Origin: a cyanobacterium endosymbiont of Braarudosphaera bigelowii
Lineage (GTDB): Bacteria > Cyanobacteriota > Cyanobacteriia > Cyanobacteriales > Microcystaceae
DNA length: 32,000 bases
Direction: 5' to 3'
Assembly (NCBI RefSeq): GCF_020885515.1
Contig: NZ_AP024987.1
Span: 960,001-992,000, forward strand
Under the pieces are notes generated by a model. The model worked only from the letters and a program-made list of their open reading frames with translations, was not told where the DNA came from and ran no database searches. Position 1 is the first letter of the stretch. The number at the start of each line of letters is the position of its first letter. A program made the translations under genes and the position numbers. Shown here in pieces: positions 31,202-32,000 of the stretch.

Positions 31202-31933
31202 ATGAAAAATCAATTACCAATATTTGAAAAAATTTGGGAACAGAAATTAAATTGGAAGCCGACAAAAGAACAATTGGATCAGTGGGAAAAACTGTACCAG
31301 GAAATAATATTAATTAATGATAAAGTTAACCTAACCCGTATCGTACAACCTGAAGAATTCTGGGAAAAGCATCTTTGGGATTCTGTTACAGGAATTATTG
31401 GATTACAATTTTTTCAATATTCAAAAAAGATAAAAGTTATTGATATTGGTACAGGAGGTGGCTTTCCTGGGCTTCCTATTAATATCATTTTTCCAACATG
31501 GAATTTTACTTTTCTCGACTCTAGGCGAAAAAAAATAGAAGTTGTAAATTTTTTACTAAAGACATTAGGATTAAAAGACTCTTGGGCATTGACTGGTAGA
31601 GCAGAAAATATTGCTCATAATTCCGATTTTAGGGAAAAATATGATGTAGCTTTGATTCGTGCTGTAGGAAAATCTTCTACTTGTATTGAGTACATTCTAC
31701 CATTTTTAACTATAGGGGGAATAGGAGTACTATATCGTGGCAACTGGGATATACAAGAGGAGTTGTCATTAAAGGTTACCTTAAAAAAGTTAGGAGGTAA
31801 ACTAATTTCAGTTAAAGAATTAAAGACTCCTTTGACTGATAGTATTCGTAACTTCGTCTATATACAAAAAATTCAGCCAACTTCTAAGAATTTTCCACGT
31901 GATATTGGTATACCTAAACGTAATCCTTTATAG
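31202..31933 (+). CDS. rsmG: 16S rRNA (guanine527-N7)-methyltransferase
   Basis: NLTRIVQPEEFWEKHLWDSV, KVIDIGTGGGFPGLPINIIFP, LLDSRRKKIEVVNFLLKTLGL and VALIRAVGK. Start probably ATG 31202. Confidence 0.95.
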   Translation: MKNQLPIFEKIWEQKLNWKPTKEQLDQWEKLYQEIILINDKVNLTRIVQPEEFWEKHLWDSVTGIIGLQFFQYSKKIKVIDIGTGGGFPGLPINIIFPTWNFTFLDSRRKKIEVVNFLLKTLGLKDSWALTGRAENIAHNSDFREKYDVALIRAVGKSSTCIEYILPFLTIGGIGVLYRGNWDIQEELSLKVTLKKLGGKLISVKELKTPLTDSIRNFVYIQKIQPTSKNFPRDIGIPKRNPL

Positions 31934-32000
31934 TTTCTAGTGAGTAATTTTAACTTGATTAATAAAAACTCTTTATAATAAATAAATGTTTTAGTAACAA

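Overview
This is a 32 kb, very AT-rich window from a cyanobacterial chromosome. I read it as a genome-reduced cyanobacterium of the Crocosphaera/Cyanothece lineage, plausibly a UCYN-A ('Candidatus Atelocyanobacterium')-like marine symbiont; that assignment is inference from gene content, not a database match. I can support 24 protein genes, one clipped at the left edge. They include der (3' part), chlB, stpA-like, menA, a menF-like isochorismate synthase, gun4, ylqF/rbgA, recJ, ctaA-ctaB, argS, bioD, a short-form petH without the CpcD-like linker domain, csaB, an O-antigen-ligase-like protein, tpiA, folP, a CbiX/SirB-like chelatase, sipA and rsmG. Intact CDSs cover only about 74% of the window, and there are several long empty spacers. 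I found no tRNA, rRNA, CRISPR array, transposon or obvious defence or biosynthetic system. The best second-look items are: (1) a heavily decayed but still readable M48 metalloprotease pseudogene (about 29.6-30.97 kb) with a lost HEXXH histidine; (2) a 30-bp perfect inverted repeat spanning the stop codon of the O-antigen-ligase-like gene upstream of csaB, followed by a U-tract; (3) a set of long AT-rich hairpins at or near gene 3' ends, several without U-tracts; (4) the short-form-only petH behind a 1.36 kb non-coding spacer. I do not see a convincing new multi-gene system.
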